Assembly: GCA_964247055.1 (NCBI GenBank)
Contig: OZ176050.1
Coordinates: forward strand, 62,001-126,000
DNA: 64,000 nucleotides
From: Paragordius varius
Taxonomy: Eukaryota; Animalia; Nematomorpha
Reading direction: 5' to 3'
How positions within the stretch are numbered: position 1 is the stretch's first letter; every line of letters begins with the position of its first letter. Made by a program: the position numbers and the translations under genes. Below, one piece after another: positions 51,164-64,000 of this stretch. The notes beneath the pieces are model-generated. The model had not been told where the DNA came from and searched no databases. It worked only from the letters and a program-made list of their open reading frames with translations.

Positions 51164-54100
51164 CGCCATAATTTATTTTGGGTAGCCCTATGGTAGTTCC
51201 ATCATCACCCCAAATATTTTCGAGATCGGAGTATAAATGTAATTTTTTTGAATTTTTTAAATATTTAAAAAATTTATTTTATACGATTTTAAAAATAAAA
51301 ATGGCTACCTAAAATCCAAATTTGATCAGGTGATGTCGCCATAATTTTTTTTGCGTAGCCCTATGGTTGTTCCATCATCACCCCAAATATTTTGGGGATC
51401 GGACTATAAATGTAATTTTTATGAATTTTTTAAATATTTAAAAAATTTATTTTATACGATTTTAAAAATAAAAATGGCTACCTAAAATCCAAATTTGATC
51501 AGGTGATGTCACCATAATTTTTTTTGGGTAGCCCTATGGTAGTTCCATCATCACCCCAAATATTTTCGAGATCGGACTATAAATGTAATTTTTATGAATT
51601 TTTTAAATATTTAAAAAATTTATTTTATGCGATATTAAAAATAAAAATGGCTACCTAAAATCCAAATTTGATCAGGTGATGTCACCATAATTTTTTTTGG
51701 GTAGCCCTATGGTAGTTCCATCATCACCCCAAATATTTTGGGGATCGGACTATAAATGTAATTTTTATGAATTTTTTAAATATTTAAAAAATTTATTTTA
51801 TACTATTTTAAAAATAAAAATAACTACCTAAAATCCAAATTTGATCAGGTGATGTCACTATAATTTTTTTTGGGTAGCCCTATGGTAGTTCCATCATCAC
51901 CCCAAATATTTTGGGGATCGGACTATAAATGTAATTTTTATAAATTTTTTAAATATTTAAAAAATTTATTTTATACGATTTTAAAAATAAAAATGGCTAC
52001 CTAAAATCCAAATTTGATCAGGTGATGTCACTATAATTTTTTTTGGGTGGCCCTATGGTAGTTCCATCATCACGCCAAATATTGTCGAGATCGGAGTATA
52101 AATGTAATTTTTATGAATTTTTTAAATATTTCAAAAATTTATTTTATACGATTTTAAAAATAAAAATGGCTACCTAAAATCCAAATTTGATCAGGTGATG
52201 TCACCATAATTTTTTTTGGGTAGCCCTATGGTAGTTCCATCATCACCCCAAATATTTTGGGGATCGGACTATAAATGTAATTTTTATGAATTTTTTAAAT
52301 ATTTAAAAAATTTATTTTATACGATTTTAAAAATAAAAATGGCTACCTAAAATCCAAATTTGATCAGGTGATGTCACTATAATTTTTTTTGGGTGGCCCT
52401 ATGGTAGTTCCATCATCACGCCAAATATTGTCGAGATCGGAGTATAAATGTAATTTTTATGAATTTTTTAAATATTTCAAAAATTTATTTTATACGATTT
52501 TAAAAATAAAAATGGCTACCTAAAATCCAAATTTGATCAGGTGATGTCACCATAATTTTTTTTGGGTAGCCCTATGGTAGTTCCATCATCACCCCAAATA
52601 TTGTCGAGATCGGAGTATAAATGTAATTTTTATGAATTTTTTAAATATTTAAAAAATTTATTTTATACGATTTTAAAAATAAAAATGGCTACCTAAAATC
52701 CAAATTTGATCAGGTGATGTTACCATAATTTTTTTTGGATAGCCCTATGGTAGTTCCATCATCACCCCAAATATTTTCGAGATCGGAGTATAAATGTAAT
52801 TTTTTTGAATTTTTTAAATATTTCAAAAATTTATTTTATACGATTTTAAAAATAAAAATGGCTACCTAAAATCCAAATTTGATCAGGTGATGTCACCATA
52901 ATTTTTTTTGGGTAGCCCTATGGTAGTTCCATCATCACCCCAAATATTTTCGAGATCGGAGTATAAATGTAATTTTTATGAATTTTTTAAATATTTAAAA
53001 AATTTATTTTATACGATTTTAAAAATAAAAATGGCTACCTAAAATCCAAATTTGATCAGGTGATGTCACCATAATTTTTTTTGGGTAGCCCTATGGTAGT
53101 TCCATCATCACCCCAAATATTTTGGGGATCGGACTATAAATGTAATTTTTATGAATTTTTTAAATATTTAAAAAATTTATTTTATACGATTTTAAAAATA
53201 AAAATGGCTACCTAAAATCCAAATTTGATCAGGTGATGTCACCATAATTTTTTTTGCGTAGCCCTATGGTAGTTCCATCATCACCCCAAATATTTTGGGG
53301 ATCGGACTATAAATGTAATTTTTATGAATTTTTTAAATATTTAAAAAATTTATTTTATACGATTTTAAAAATAAAAATGGCTACCTAAAATCCAAATTTG
53401 ATCAGGTGATGTCACTATAATTTTTTTTGGGTAGCCCTATGGTAGTTCCATCATCACCCCAAATATTTTGGGGATCGGACTATAAATGTAATTTTTATGA
53501 ATTTTTTAAATATTTAAAAAATTTATTTTATACGATATTAAAAATAAAAATGGCTACCTAAAATCCAAATTTGATAAGGTGATGTCACTATAATTTTTTT
53601 GGGTAGCCCTATGGTAGTTCCATCATCACCCCAAATATTTTCGAGATCGGAGTATAAATGTAATTTTTTTGAATTTTTTAAATATCTAAAAAATTTATTT
53701 TATACGATTTTAAAAATAAAAATGGCTACCTAAAATCCAAATTTGATCAGGTGATGTCGCCATAATTTTTTTTGGGTAGCCCTATGGTAGTTCCATCATC
53801 ACCCCAAATATTGTCGAGATCGGAGTATAAATGTAATTTTTATGAATTTTTTAAATATTTCAAAAATTTATTTTATACGATTTTAAAAATAAAAATGGCT
53901 ACCTAAAATCCAAATTTTATCAGGTGATGTCACCATAATTTTTTTTGGGTAGCACTATGGTAGTTCCATCATCACCCCAAATATTGTCGAGATCGGAGTA
54001 TAAATGTAATTTTTATGAATTTTTTAAATATTTAAAAAATTTATTTTATACGATTTTAAAAATAAAAATGGCTACCTAAAATCCAAATTTGATCAGGTGA

Positions 54101-57100
54101 TGTTACCATAATTTTTTTTGGATAGCCCTATGGTAGTTCCATCATCACCCCAAATATTTTCGAGATCGGAGTATAAATGTAATTTTTTTGAATTTTTTAA
54201 ATATTTAAAAAATTTATTTTATACGATTTTAAAAATAAAAATGGCTACCTAAAATCCAAATTTGATCAGGTGATGTCACCATAATTTTTTTTGCGTAGCC
54301 CTATGGTAGTTCCATCATCACCCCAAATATTTTGGGGATCGGACTATAAATGTAATTTTTATGAATTTTTTAAATATTTAAAAAATTTATTTTATACGAT
54401 TTTAAAAATAAAAATGGCTACCTAAAATCCAAATTTGATCAGGTGATGTCACCATAATTTTTTTTGCGTAGCCCTATGGTAGTTCCATCATCACCCCAAA
54501 TATTTTGGGGATCGGACTATAAATGTAATTTTTATGAATTTTTTAAATATTTAAAAAATTTATTTTATACTATTTTAAAAATAAAAATAACTACCTAAAA
54601 TCCAAATTTGATCAGGTGATGTCACTATAATTTTTTTTGGGTAGCCCTATGGTAGTTCCATCATCACCCCAAATATTTTGGGGATCGGACTATAAATGTA
54701 ATTTTTATGAATTTTTTAAACATTTAAAAAATTTATTTTATACGATTTTAAAAATAAAAATGGCTACCTAAAATCCAAATTTGATCAGGTGATGTCGCCA
54801 TAATTTATTTTGGGTAGCCCTATGGTAGTTCCATCATCACCCCAAATATTTTCGAGATCGGAGTATAAATGTAATTTTTTTGAATTTTTTAAATATTTAA
54901 AAAATTTATTTTATACGATTTTAAAAATAAAAATGGCTACCTAAAATCCAAATTTGATCAGGTGATGTCGCCATAATTTTTTTTGCGTAGCCCTATGGTT
55001 GTTACATCATCACCCCAAATATTTTGGGGATCGGACTATAAATGTAATTTTTATGAATTTTTTAAATATTTAAAAAATTTATTTTATACGATTTTAAAAA
55101 TAAAAATGGCTACCTAAAATCCAAATTTGATCAGGTGATGTCACCATAATTTTTTTTGGGTAGCCCTATGGTAGTTCCATCATCACCCCAAATATTTTCG
55201 AGATCGGACTATAAATGTAATTTTTATGAATTTTTTAAATATTTAAAAAATTTATTTTATGCGATATTAAAAATAAAAATGGCTACCTAAAATCCAAATT
55301 TGATCAGGTGATGTCACCATAATTTTTTTTGGGTAGCCCTATGGTAGTTCCATCATCACCCCAAATATTTTGGGGATCGGACTATAAATGTAATTTTTAT
55401 GAATTTTTTAAATATTTAAAAAATTTATTTTATACTATTTTAAAAATAAAAATAACTACCTAAAATCCAAATTTGATCAGGTGATGTCACTATAATTTTT
55501 TTTGGGTAGCCCTATGGTAGTTCCATCATCACCCCAAATATTTTGGGGATCGGACTATAAATGTAATTTTTATAAATTTTTTAAATATTTAAAAAATTTA
55601 TTTTATACGATTTTAAAAATAAAAATGGCTACCTAAAATCCAAATTTGATCAGGTGATGTCACTATAATTTTTTTTGGGTGGCCCTATGGTAGTTCCATC
55701 ATCACGCCAAATATTGTCGAGATCGGAGTATAAATGTAATTTTTATGAATTTTTTAAATATTTCAAAAATTTATTTTATACGATTTTAAAAATAAAAATG
55801 GCTACCTAAAATCCAAATTTGATCAGGTGATGTCACCATAATTTTTTTTGGGTAGCCCTATGGTAGTTCCATCATCACCCCAAATATTTTGGGGATCGGA
55901 CTATAAATGTAATTTTTATGAATTTTTTAAATATTTAAAAAATTTATTTTATACGATTTTAAAAATAAAAATGGCTACCTAAAATCCAAATTTGATCAGG
56001 TGATGTCACTATAATTTTTTTTGGGTGGCCCTATGGTAGTTCCATCATCACGCCAAATATTGTCGAGATCGGAGTATAAATGTAATTTTTATGAATTTTT
56101 TAAATATTTCAAAAATTTATTTTATACGATTTTAAAAATAAAAATGGCTACCTAAAATCCAAATTTGATCAGGTGATGTCACCATAATTTTTTTTGGGTA
56201 GCCCTATGGTAGTTCCATCATCACCCCAAATATTGTCGAGATCGGAGTATAAATGTAATTTTTATGAATTTTTTAAATATTTAAAAAATTTATTTTATAC
56301 GATTTTAAAAATAAAAATGGCTACCTAAAATCCAAATTTGATCAGGTGATGTTACCATAATTTTTTTTGGATAGCCCTATGGTAGTTCCATCATCACCCC
56401 AAATATTTTCGAGATCGGAGTATAAATGTAATTTTTTTGAATTTTTTAAATATTTAAAAAATTTATTTTATACGATTTTAAAAATAAAAATGGCTACCTA
56501 AAATCCAAATTTGATCAGGTGATGTCACCATAATTTTTTTTGGGTAGCCCTATGGTAGTTCCATCATCACCCCAAATATTTTCGAGATCGGAGTATAAAT
56601 GTAATTTTTATGAATTTTTTAAATATTTAAAAAATTTATTTTATACGATTTTAAAAATAAAAATGGCTACCTAAAATCCAAATTTGATCAGGTGATGTCA
56701 CCATAATTTTTTTTGGGTAGCCCTATGGTAGTTCCATCATCACCCCAAATATTTTGGGGATCGGACTATAAATGTAATTTTTATGAATTTTTTAAATATT
56801 TAAAAAATTTATTTTATACGATTTTAAAAATAAAAATGGCTACCTAAAATCCAAATTTGATCAGGTGATGTCACCATAATTTTTTTTGGGTAGCCCTATG
56901 GTAGTTCCATCATCACCCCAAATATTGTCGAGATCGGAGTATAAATGTAATTTTTATGAATTTTTTAAATATTTAAAAAATTTATTTTATACGATTTTAA
57001 AAATAAAAATGGCTACCTAAAATCCAAATTTGATCAGGTGATGTTACCATAATTTTTTTTGGATAGCCCTATGGTAGTTCCATCATCACCCCAAATATTT

Positions 57101-58081
57101 TCGAGATCGGAGTATAAATGTAATTTTTTTGAATTTTTTAAATATTTAAAAAATTTATTTTATACGATTTTAAAAATAAAAATGGCTACCTAAAATCCAA
57201 ATTTGATCAGGTGATGTCACCATAATTTTTTTTGGGTAGCCCTATGGTAGTTCCATCATCACCCCAAATATTTTCGAGATCGGAGTATAAATGTAATTTT
57301 TATGAATTTTTTAAATATTTAAAAAATTTATTTTATACGATTTTAAAAATAAAAATGGCTACCTAAAATCCAAATTTGATCAGGTGATGTCACCATAATT
57401 TTTTTTGGGTAGCCCTATGGTAGTTCCATCATCACCCCAAATATTTTGGGGATCGGACTATAAATGTAATTTTTATGAATTTTTTAAATATTTAAAAAAT
57501 TTATTTTATACGATTTTAAAAATAAAAATGGCTACCTAAAATCCAAATTTGATCAGGTGATGTCACCATAATTTTTTTTGCGTAGCCCTATGGTAGTTCC
57601 ATCATCACCCCAAATATTTTGGGGATCGGACTATAAATGTAATTTTTATGAATTTTTTAAATATTTAAAAAATTTATTTTATACGATTTTAAAAATAAAA
57701 ATGGCTACCTAAAATCCAAATTTGATCAGGTGATGTCACTATAATTTTTTTTGGGTAGCCCTATGGTAGTTCCATCATCACCCCAAATATTTTGGGGATC
57801 GGACTATAAATGTAATTTTTATGAATTTTTTAAATATTTAAAAAATTTATTTTATACGATATTAAAAATAAAAATGGCTATCTAAAATCCAAATTTGATA
57901 AGGTGATGTCACTATAATTTTTTTGGGTAGCCCTATGGTAGTTCCATCATCACCCCAAATATTTTCGAGATCGGAGTATAAATGTAATTTTTTTGAATTT
58001 TTTAAATATCTAAAAAATTTATTTTATACGATTTTAAAAATAAAAATGGCTACCTAAAATCCAAATTTGATCAGGTGATGT
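51164..58081 (+). repeat. 21-monomer duplication (51164-53239 vs 54796-56871, offset 3632 bp) with an added tandem 4-mer (56180-56871 vs 56872-57563)
   Basis: Markers AATTTATTTTGGG, TATGCGATATT, AATAACTACC, GGTGGCC, GTTACC/GGATAGCC and GATAAGG/TATCTAAAA recur in order. Confidence 0.88.
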
Positions 58082-59810
58082 CGCCATAATTTTTTTTGGG
58101 TAGCCCTATGGTAGTTCCATCATCACCCCAAATATTTTGGGGATCGGACTATAAATGTAATTTTTATGAATTTTTTAAATATTTAAAAAATTTATTTTAT
58201 ACGATTTTAAAAATAAAAATGGCTACCTAAAATCCAAATTTGATCAGGTGATGTCACTATAATTTTTTTTGGGTAGCCCTATGGTAGTTCCATCATCACG
58301 CCAAATATTGTCGAGATCGGAGTATAAATGTAATTTTTATGAATTTTTTAAATATTTAAAAAATTTATTTTATACGATTTTAAAAATAAAAATGGCTACC
58401 TAAAATCCAAATTTGATCAGGTGATGTCACCATAATTTTTTTTGGGTAGCCCTATGGTAATTCCATCATCACCCCAAATATTTTGGGGATCGGACTATAA
58501 ATGTAATTTTTATGAATTTTTTAAACATTTAAAAAATTTATTTTATACGATTTTAAAAATAAAAATGGCTACCTAAAATCCAAATTTGATCAGGTGATGT
58601 CGCCATAATTTATTTTGGGTAGCCCTATGGTAGTTCCATCATCACCCCAAATATTTTCGAGATCGGAGTATAAATGTAATTTTTTTGAATTTTTTAAATA
58701 TTTAAAAAATTTATTTTATACGATTTTAAAAATAAAAATGGCTACCTAAAATCCAAATTTGATCAGGTGATGTCACCATAATTTTTTTTAGGTAGCCCTA
58801 TGGTAGTTCCATCATCACCCCAAATATTTTCGAGATCGGAGTATAAATGTAATTTTTTTGAATTTTTTAAATATTTAAAAAATTTATTTTATACGATTTT
58901 AAAAATAAAAATGGCTACCTAAAATCCAAATTTGATCAGGTGATGTCACCATAATTTTTTTTGGGTAGCCCTATGGTAATTCCATCATCACCCCAAATAT
59001 TTTGGGGATCGGACTATAAATGTAATTTTTATGAATTTTTTAAACATTTAAAAAATTTATTTTATACGATTTTAAAAATAAAAATGGCTACCTAAAATCC
59101 AAATTTGATCAGGTGATGTCACCATAATTTTTTTTGGGTAGCCCTATGGTAATTCCATCATCACGCCAAATATTGTCGAGATCGGAGTATAAATGTAATT
59201 TTTATGAATTTTTTAAATATTTAAAAAATTTATTTTATACGATTTTAAAAATAAAAATGGCTACCTAAAATCCAAATTTGATCAGGTGATGTCACTATAA
59301 TTTTTTTGGGTAGCCCTATGGTAGTTCCATCATCACCCCAAATATTTTGGGGATCGGACTATAAATGTAATTTTTATGAATTTTTTAAATATTGAAAAAA
59401 TTTATTTTATACGATATTAAAAATAAAAATGGCTACCTAAAATCCAAATTTGATCAGGTGATGTCACCATAATTTTTTTTGGGTAGCCCTATGGTAATTC
59501 CTTCATCAACCCAAATATTGTCGAGATCGGAGTATAAATGTAATTTTTATGAATTTTTTAAATATTTAAAAAATTTATTTTATACGATTTTAAAAATAAA
59601 AATGGCTACCTAAAATCCAAATTTGATCAGGTGATGTCACTATAATTTATTTTGGGTAGCCCTATGGTAGTTCCATCATCACCCCAAATATTTTGGGGAT
59701 CGGACTATAAATGTAATTTTTATGAATTTTTTAAATATTTAAAATATTTATTTTATACGATTTTAAAAATAAAAATGGCTACCTAAAATCCAAATTTGAT
59801 CAGGTGATGT

Positions 59811-62800
59811 CGCCATAATTTTTTTTGCGTAGCCCTATGGTTGTTCCATCATCACCCCAAATATTTTCGAGATCGGAGTATAAATGTAATTTTTATGAAT
59901 TTTTTAAATATTTAAAAAATTTATTTTATACGATTTTAAAAATAAAAATGGCTACCTAAAATCCAAATTTGATCAGGTGATGTCGCCATAATTATTTTTA
60001 GGTAGCCCTATGGTAGTTCCATCATCACCCCAAATATTTTCGAGATCGGAGTATAAATGTAATTTTTTTGAATTTTTTAAATATTTAAAAAATTTATTTT
60101 ATACGATTTTAAAAATAAAAATGGCTACCTTAAATCCAAATTTGATCAGGTGATGTCACTATAATTTTTTTTGGGTAGCCCTATGGTAGTTCCATCATCA
60201 CCCCAAATATTGTCGAGATCGGAGTATAAATGTAATTTTTATGAATTTTTTAAATATTTAAAAAATTTATTTTATACGATTTTAAAAATAAAAATGGCTA
60301 CCTAAAATCCAAATTTAATCAGGTGATGTCACCATAATTTTTTTTGGGTAGCCCTATGGTAATTCCATCATCACCCCAAATATTTTGGGGATCGGACTAT
60401 AAATGTAATTTTTATGAATTTTTTAAATATTTAAAAAATTTATTTTATACGATTTAAAAATAAAAATGGCTACCTAAAATCCAAATTTGATCAGGTGATG
60501 TCACTATAATTTTTTTTGCGTAGCCCTATGGTAGTTCCATCATCACCACAAATATTTTGGCGATCGGACTATAAATGTAATTTTTATGAATTTTTTAAAT
60601 ATTTAAAAAATTTATTTTATACGATTTAAAAATAAAAATGGCTACCTAAAATCCAAATTTGATCAGGTGATGTCACTATAATTTTTTTTGGGTAGCCCTA
60701 TGGTAGTTCCATCATCACCCCAAATATTTTGGCGATCGGAGTATAAATGTAATTTTTATGAATTTTTTAAATATTTAAAAAATTTATTTTATACGATTTT
60801 AAAAATAAAAATGGCTACCAAAAATCCAAATTTGATCAGGTGATGTCACCATAATTTTTGTGTAGCCCTATGGTAGTTCCATCATCACCACAAATATTTT
60901 GGCGATCGGACTATAAATGTAATTTTTATGAATTTTTTAAATATTTAAAAAATTTATTTTATACGATTTTAAAAATAAAAATGGCTACCTAAAATCCAAA
61001 TTTGATCAGGTGATGTCGCCATAATTTTTTTTGCGTAGCCCTATGGTTGTTCCATCATCACCTCAAATATTTTGGGGATCGGACTATAAATGTAATTTTT
61101 ATGAATTTTTTAAATATTTAAAAAAATTATTTTTATACGATTTTAAGATAAAAATGGCTACCTAAAATCCAAATTTGATCAGGTGATGTCACTATAATTT
61201 TTTTTGGGTAGCCCTATGGTAGTTCCATCATCACCCCAAATATTGTCGAGATCGGAGTATAAATGTAATTTTTATGAATTTTTTAAATATTTAAAAAATT
61301 TATTTTATACGATATTAAAAATAAAAATGGCTACCTAAAATCCAAATTTGATCAGGTGATGTCACCATAATTTTTGGGTAGCCCTATGGTAATTCCATCA
61401 TCACCCCAAATATTTTGGGGATCGGACTATAAATGTAATTTTTATGAATTTTTTAAATATTTAAAAAATTTATTTTATACGATTTTAAAAATAAAAATGG
61501 CTACCTAAAATCCAAATTTGATCAGGTGATGTCACTATAATTTTTTTTGGGTAGCCCTATGGTAGTTCCATCATCACCCCAAATATTTTCGAGATCGGAG
61601 TATAAATGTAATTTTTATGAATTTTTTAAATATTTAAAAATTTATTTTATACGATTTTAAAAATAAAAATGGCTACCTAAAATCCAAATTTGATCAGGTG
61701 ATGTCACCATAATTTTTTTTAGGTAGCCCTATGGTTGTTCCATCATCACCCCAAATATTTTCGAGATCGGAGTATAAATGTAATTTTTATGAATTTTTTA
61801 AATATTTAAAAAATTTATTTTATACGATTTTAAAAATAAAAATGGCTACCTAAAATCCAAATTTGATCAGGTGATGTCGCCATAATTATTTTTAGGTAGC
61901 CCTATGGTAGTTCCATCATCACCCCAAATATTTTCGAGATCGGAGTATAAATGTAATTTTTTTGAATTTTTTAAATATTTAAAAAATTTATTTTATACGA
62001 TTTTAAAAATAAAAATGGCTACCTTAAATCCAAATTTGATCAGGTGATGTCACTATAATTTTTTTTGGGTAGCCCTATGGTAGTTCCATCATCACCCCAA
62101 ATATTGTCGAGATCGGAGTATAAATGTAATTTTTATGAATTTTTTAAATATTTAAAAAATTTATTTTATACGATTTTAAAAATAAAAATGGCTACCTAAA
62201 ATCCAAATTTAATCAGGTGATGTCACCATAATTTTTTTTGGGTAGCCCTATGGTAATTCCATCATCACCCCAAATATTTTGGGGATCGGACTATAAATGT
62301 AATTTTTATGAATTTTTTAAATATTTAAAAAATTTATTTTATACGATTTTAAAAATAAAAATGGCTACCTAAAATCCAAATTTGATCAGGTGATGTCACT
62401 ATAATTTATTTTGGGTAGCCCTATGGTAGTTCCATCATCACCCCAAATATTTTGGCGATCGGACTATAAATGTAATTTTTATGAATTTTTTAAATATTTA
62501 AAAAATTTATTTTATACGATTTTAAAAATAAAAATGGCTACCTAAAATCCAAATTTGATCAGGTGATGTCACTATAATTTTTTTTGGGTAGCCCTATGGT
62601 AGTTCCATCATCACGCCAAATATTGTCGAGATCGGAGTATAAATGTAATTTTTATGAATTTTTTAAATATTTAAAAAATTTATTTTATACGATTTTAAAA
62701 ATAAAAATGGCTACCTAAAATCCAAATTTGATCAGGTGATGTCACTATAATTTTTTTTGCGTAGCCCTATGGTAGTTCCATCATCACCACAAATATTTTG

Positions 62801-63945
62801 GCGATCGGACTATAAATGTAATTTTTATGAATTTTTTAAATATTTAAAAAATTTATTTTATACGATTTAAAAATAAAAATGGCTACCTAAAATCCAAATT
62901 TGATCAGGTGATGTCACTATAATTTTTTTTGGGTAGCCCTATGGTAGTTCCATCATCACCCCAAATATTTTGGCGATCGGAGTATAAATGTAATTTTTAT
63001 GAATTTTTTAAATATTTAAAAAATTTATTTTATACGATTTTAAAAATAAAAATGGCTACCTAAAATCCAAATTTGATCAGGTGATGTCACCATAATTTTT
63101 GGGTAGCCCTATGGTAATTCCATCATCACCCCAAATATTTTGGGGATCGGAGTATAAATGTAATTTTTATGAATTTTTAAATATTTAAAAAATTTATTTT
63201 ATACGATATTAGAAATAATTATGGCTACCTAAAATCCAAATTTGATCAGGTGATGTCACTATAATTTTTTTTGTGTAGCCCTATGGTAGTTCCATCATCA
63301 CCACAAATATCTTGGCGATCGGACTATAAATGTAATTTTTATGAATTTTTTAAATATTTAAAAAATTTATTTTATACGATTTTAAAAATAAAAATGGCTA
63401 CCTAAAATCCAAATTTGATCAGGTGATGTCGCCATAATTTTTTTTGCGTAGCCCTATGGTTGTTCCATCATCACCTCAAATATTTTGGGGATCGGACTAT
63501 AAATGTAATTTTTATGAATTTTTTAAATATTTAAAAAAATTATTTTTATACGATTTTAAGATAAAAATGGCTACCTAAAATCCAAATTTGATCAGGTGAT
63601 GTCACTATAATTTTTTTTGGGTAGCCCTATGGTAGTTCCATCATCACCCCAAATATTGTCGAGATCGGAGTATAAATGTAATTTTTATGAATTTTTTAAA
63701 TATTTAAAAAATTTATTTTATACGATATTAAAAATAAAAATGGCTACCTAAAATCCAAATTTGATCAGGTGATGTCACCATAATTTTTGGGTAGCCCTAT
63801 GGTAATTCCATCATCACCCCAAATATTTTGGGGATCGGACTATAAATGTAATTTTTATGAATTTTTTAAATATTTAAAAAATTTATTTTATACGATTTTA
63901 AAAATAAAAATGGCTACCTAAAATCCAAATTTGATCAGGTGATGT
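59811..63945 (+). repeat. Diverged, interrupted duplication at the right end (sub-blocks offset by 11, 13 and 14 monomers)
   Basis: 59984-60501 matches 61878-62396. 60502-60846 matches 62743-63087. 61017-61532 matches 63430-63945 (markers CTACCTTAAA, TTTAATCAG, ACCACAAA/GGCG, TTTTAAGATA, T5 run). Confidence 0.8.
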
Positions 63946-64000
63946 CACTATAATTTTTTTTGGGTAGCCCTATGGTAGTTCCATCATCACCCCAAATATT

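Larger units (their letters stand above)
1..64000. repeat. Tandem satellite DNA array, 173-bp monomer, about 370 copies, all in one orientation; runs off both ends of the window
   Basis: The anchor GATGT|C(A/G)C recurs at 173, 346, 519, 692, 865 ... 63776, 63946, a mean period of about 172.8 bp. No non-satellite sequence or strand switch was seen. Confidence 0.99.

Noticed and set aside
15926-63945. Single-base length changes in T and A runs (T7, T9, A5) as biological markers
   Set aside because: Homopolymer length is the most error-prone feature of long-read consensus. I relied on such changes only where they recur in collinear duplicated blocks.
1-64000. CRISPR array or other prokaryotic repeat-spacer system
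   Set aside because: There are no unique spacers. The whole 173-bp unit repeats with only point variants, and no cas or other genes are present.
1-64000. Primate alpha satellite (171 bp) or plant CEN178-type repeat
   Set aside because: Only the length is similar. The sequence does not resemble what I recall of those consensuses, and GC is about 25%.
1-64000. Variant order as an encoded message or programmed diversification system
   Set aside because: The order is explained by local tandem duplication, deletion and intra-monomer exchange. No recombinase, reverse transcriptase or template/variable pair is visible.
1-64000. Telomeric repeats, G-quadruplex arrays, tRNA or 5S rRNA tandem genes
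   Set aside because: There are no short telomeric units. G-runs are too few and too far apart for a canonical G4. No cloverleaf, A/B box or 5S-like sequence was recognised, and GC is too low.

Overview
The whole 64 kb window is one uninterrupted, head-to-tail, single-orientation tandem array of an AT-rich (about 75% AT) 173-bp satellite monomer. There are about 370 full copies plus a partial copy from 63946. I see no protein-coding gene, RNA gene, transposon insertion, inversion or unique sequence. It looks like eukaryotic (peri)centromeric or heterochromatic satellite DNA, but I cannot name the family or the organism. Reading the diagnostic variants monomer by monomer (by eye; M-numbers count monomers from position 1) shows the following. 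(i) Two main haplotype classes exist, ...TTTTGGGGATCGGAC and ...TT(T/G)TCGAGATCGGAG. (ii) Variant sets turn over along the array in three layers, about 1-25 kb, 25-38.5 kb and 38.6-64 kb, with more private mutations toward the right. (iii) Many local higher-order duplications occur (3, 4, 6, 9, 10, 13, 18, 21, 45, 52 and 78 monomers apart), some nested, with a recurring 9-monomer (about 1.55 kb) step. (iv) The monomer carries a perfect 24-bp AT palindrome, a 12-bp inverted repeat whose arms pick up mirror-image variants, a TAGGTAG (TAGteam-type) motif and a probably fortuitous 40-codon ORF. No novel gene system is supported. The interest is in array evolution and monomer architecture. All offsets were counted manually and should be confirmed by alignment and with raw long reads.
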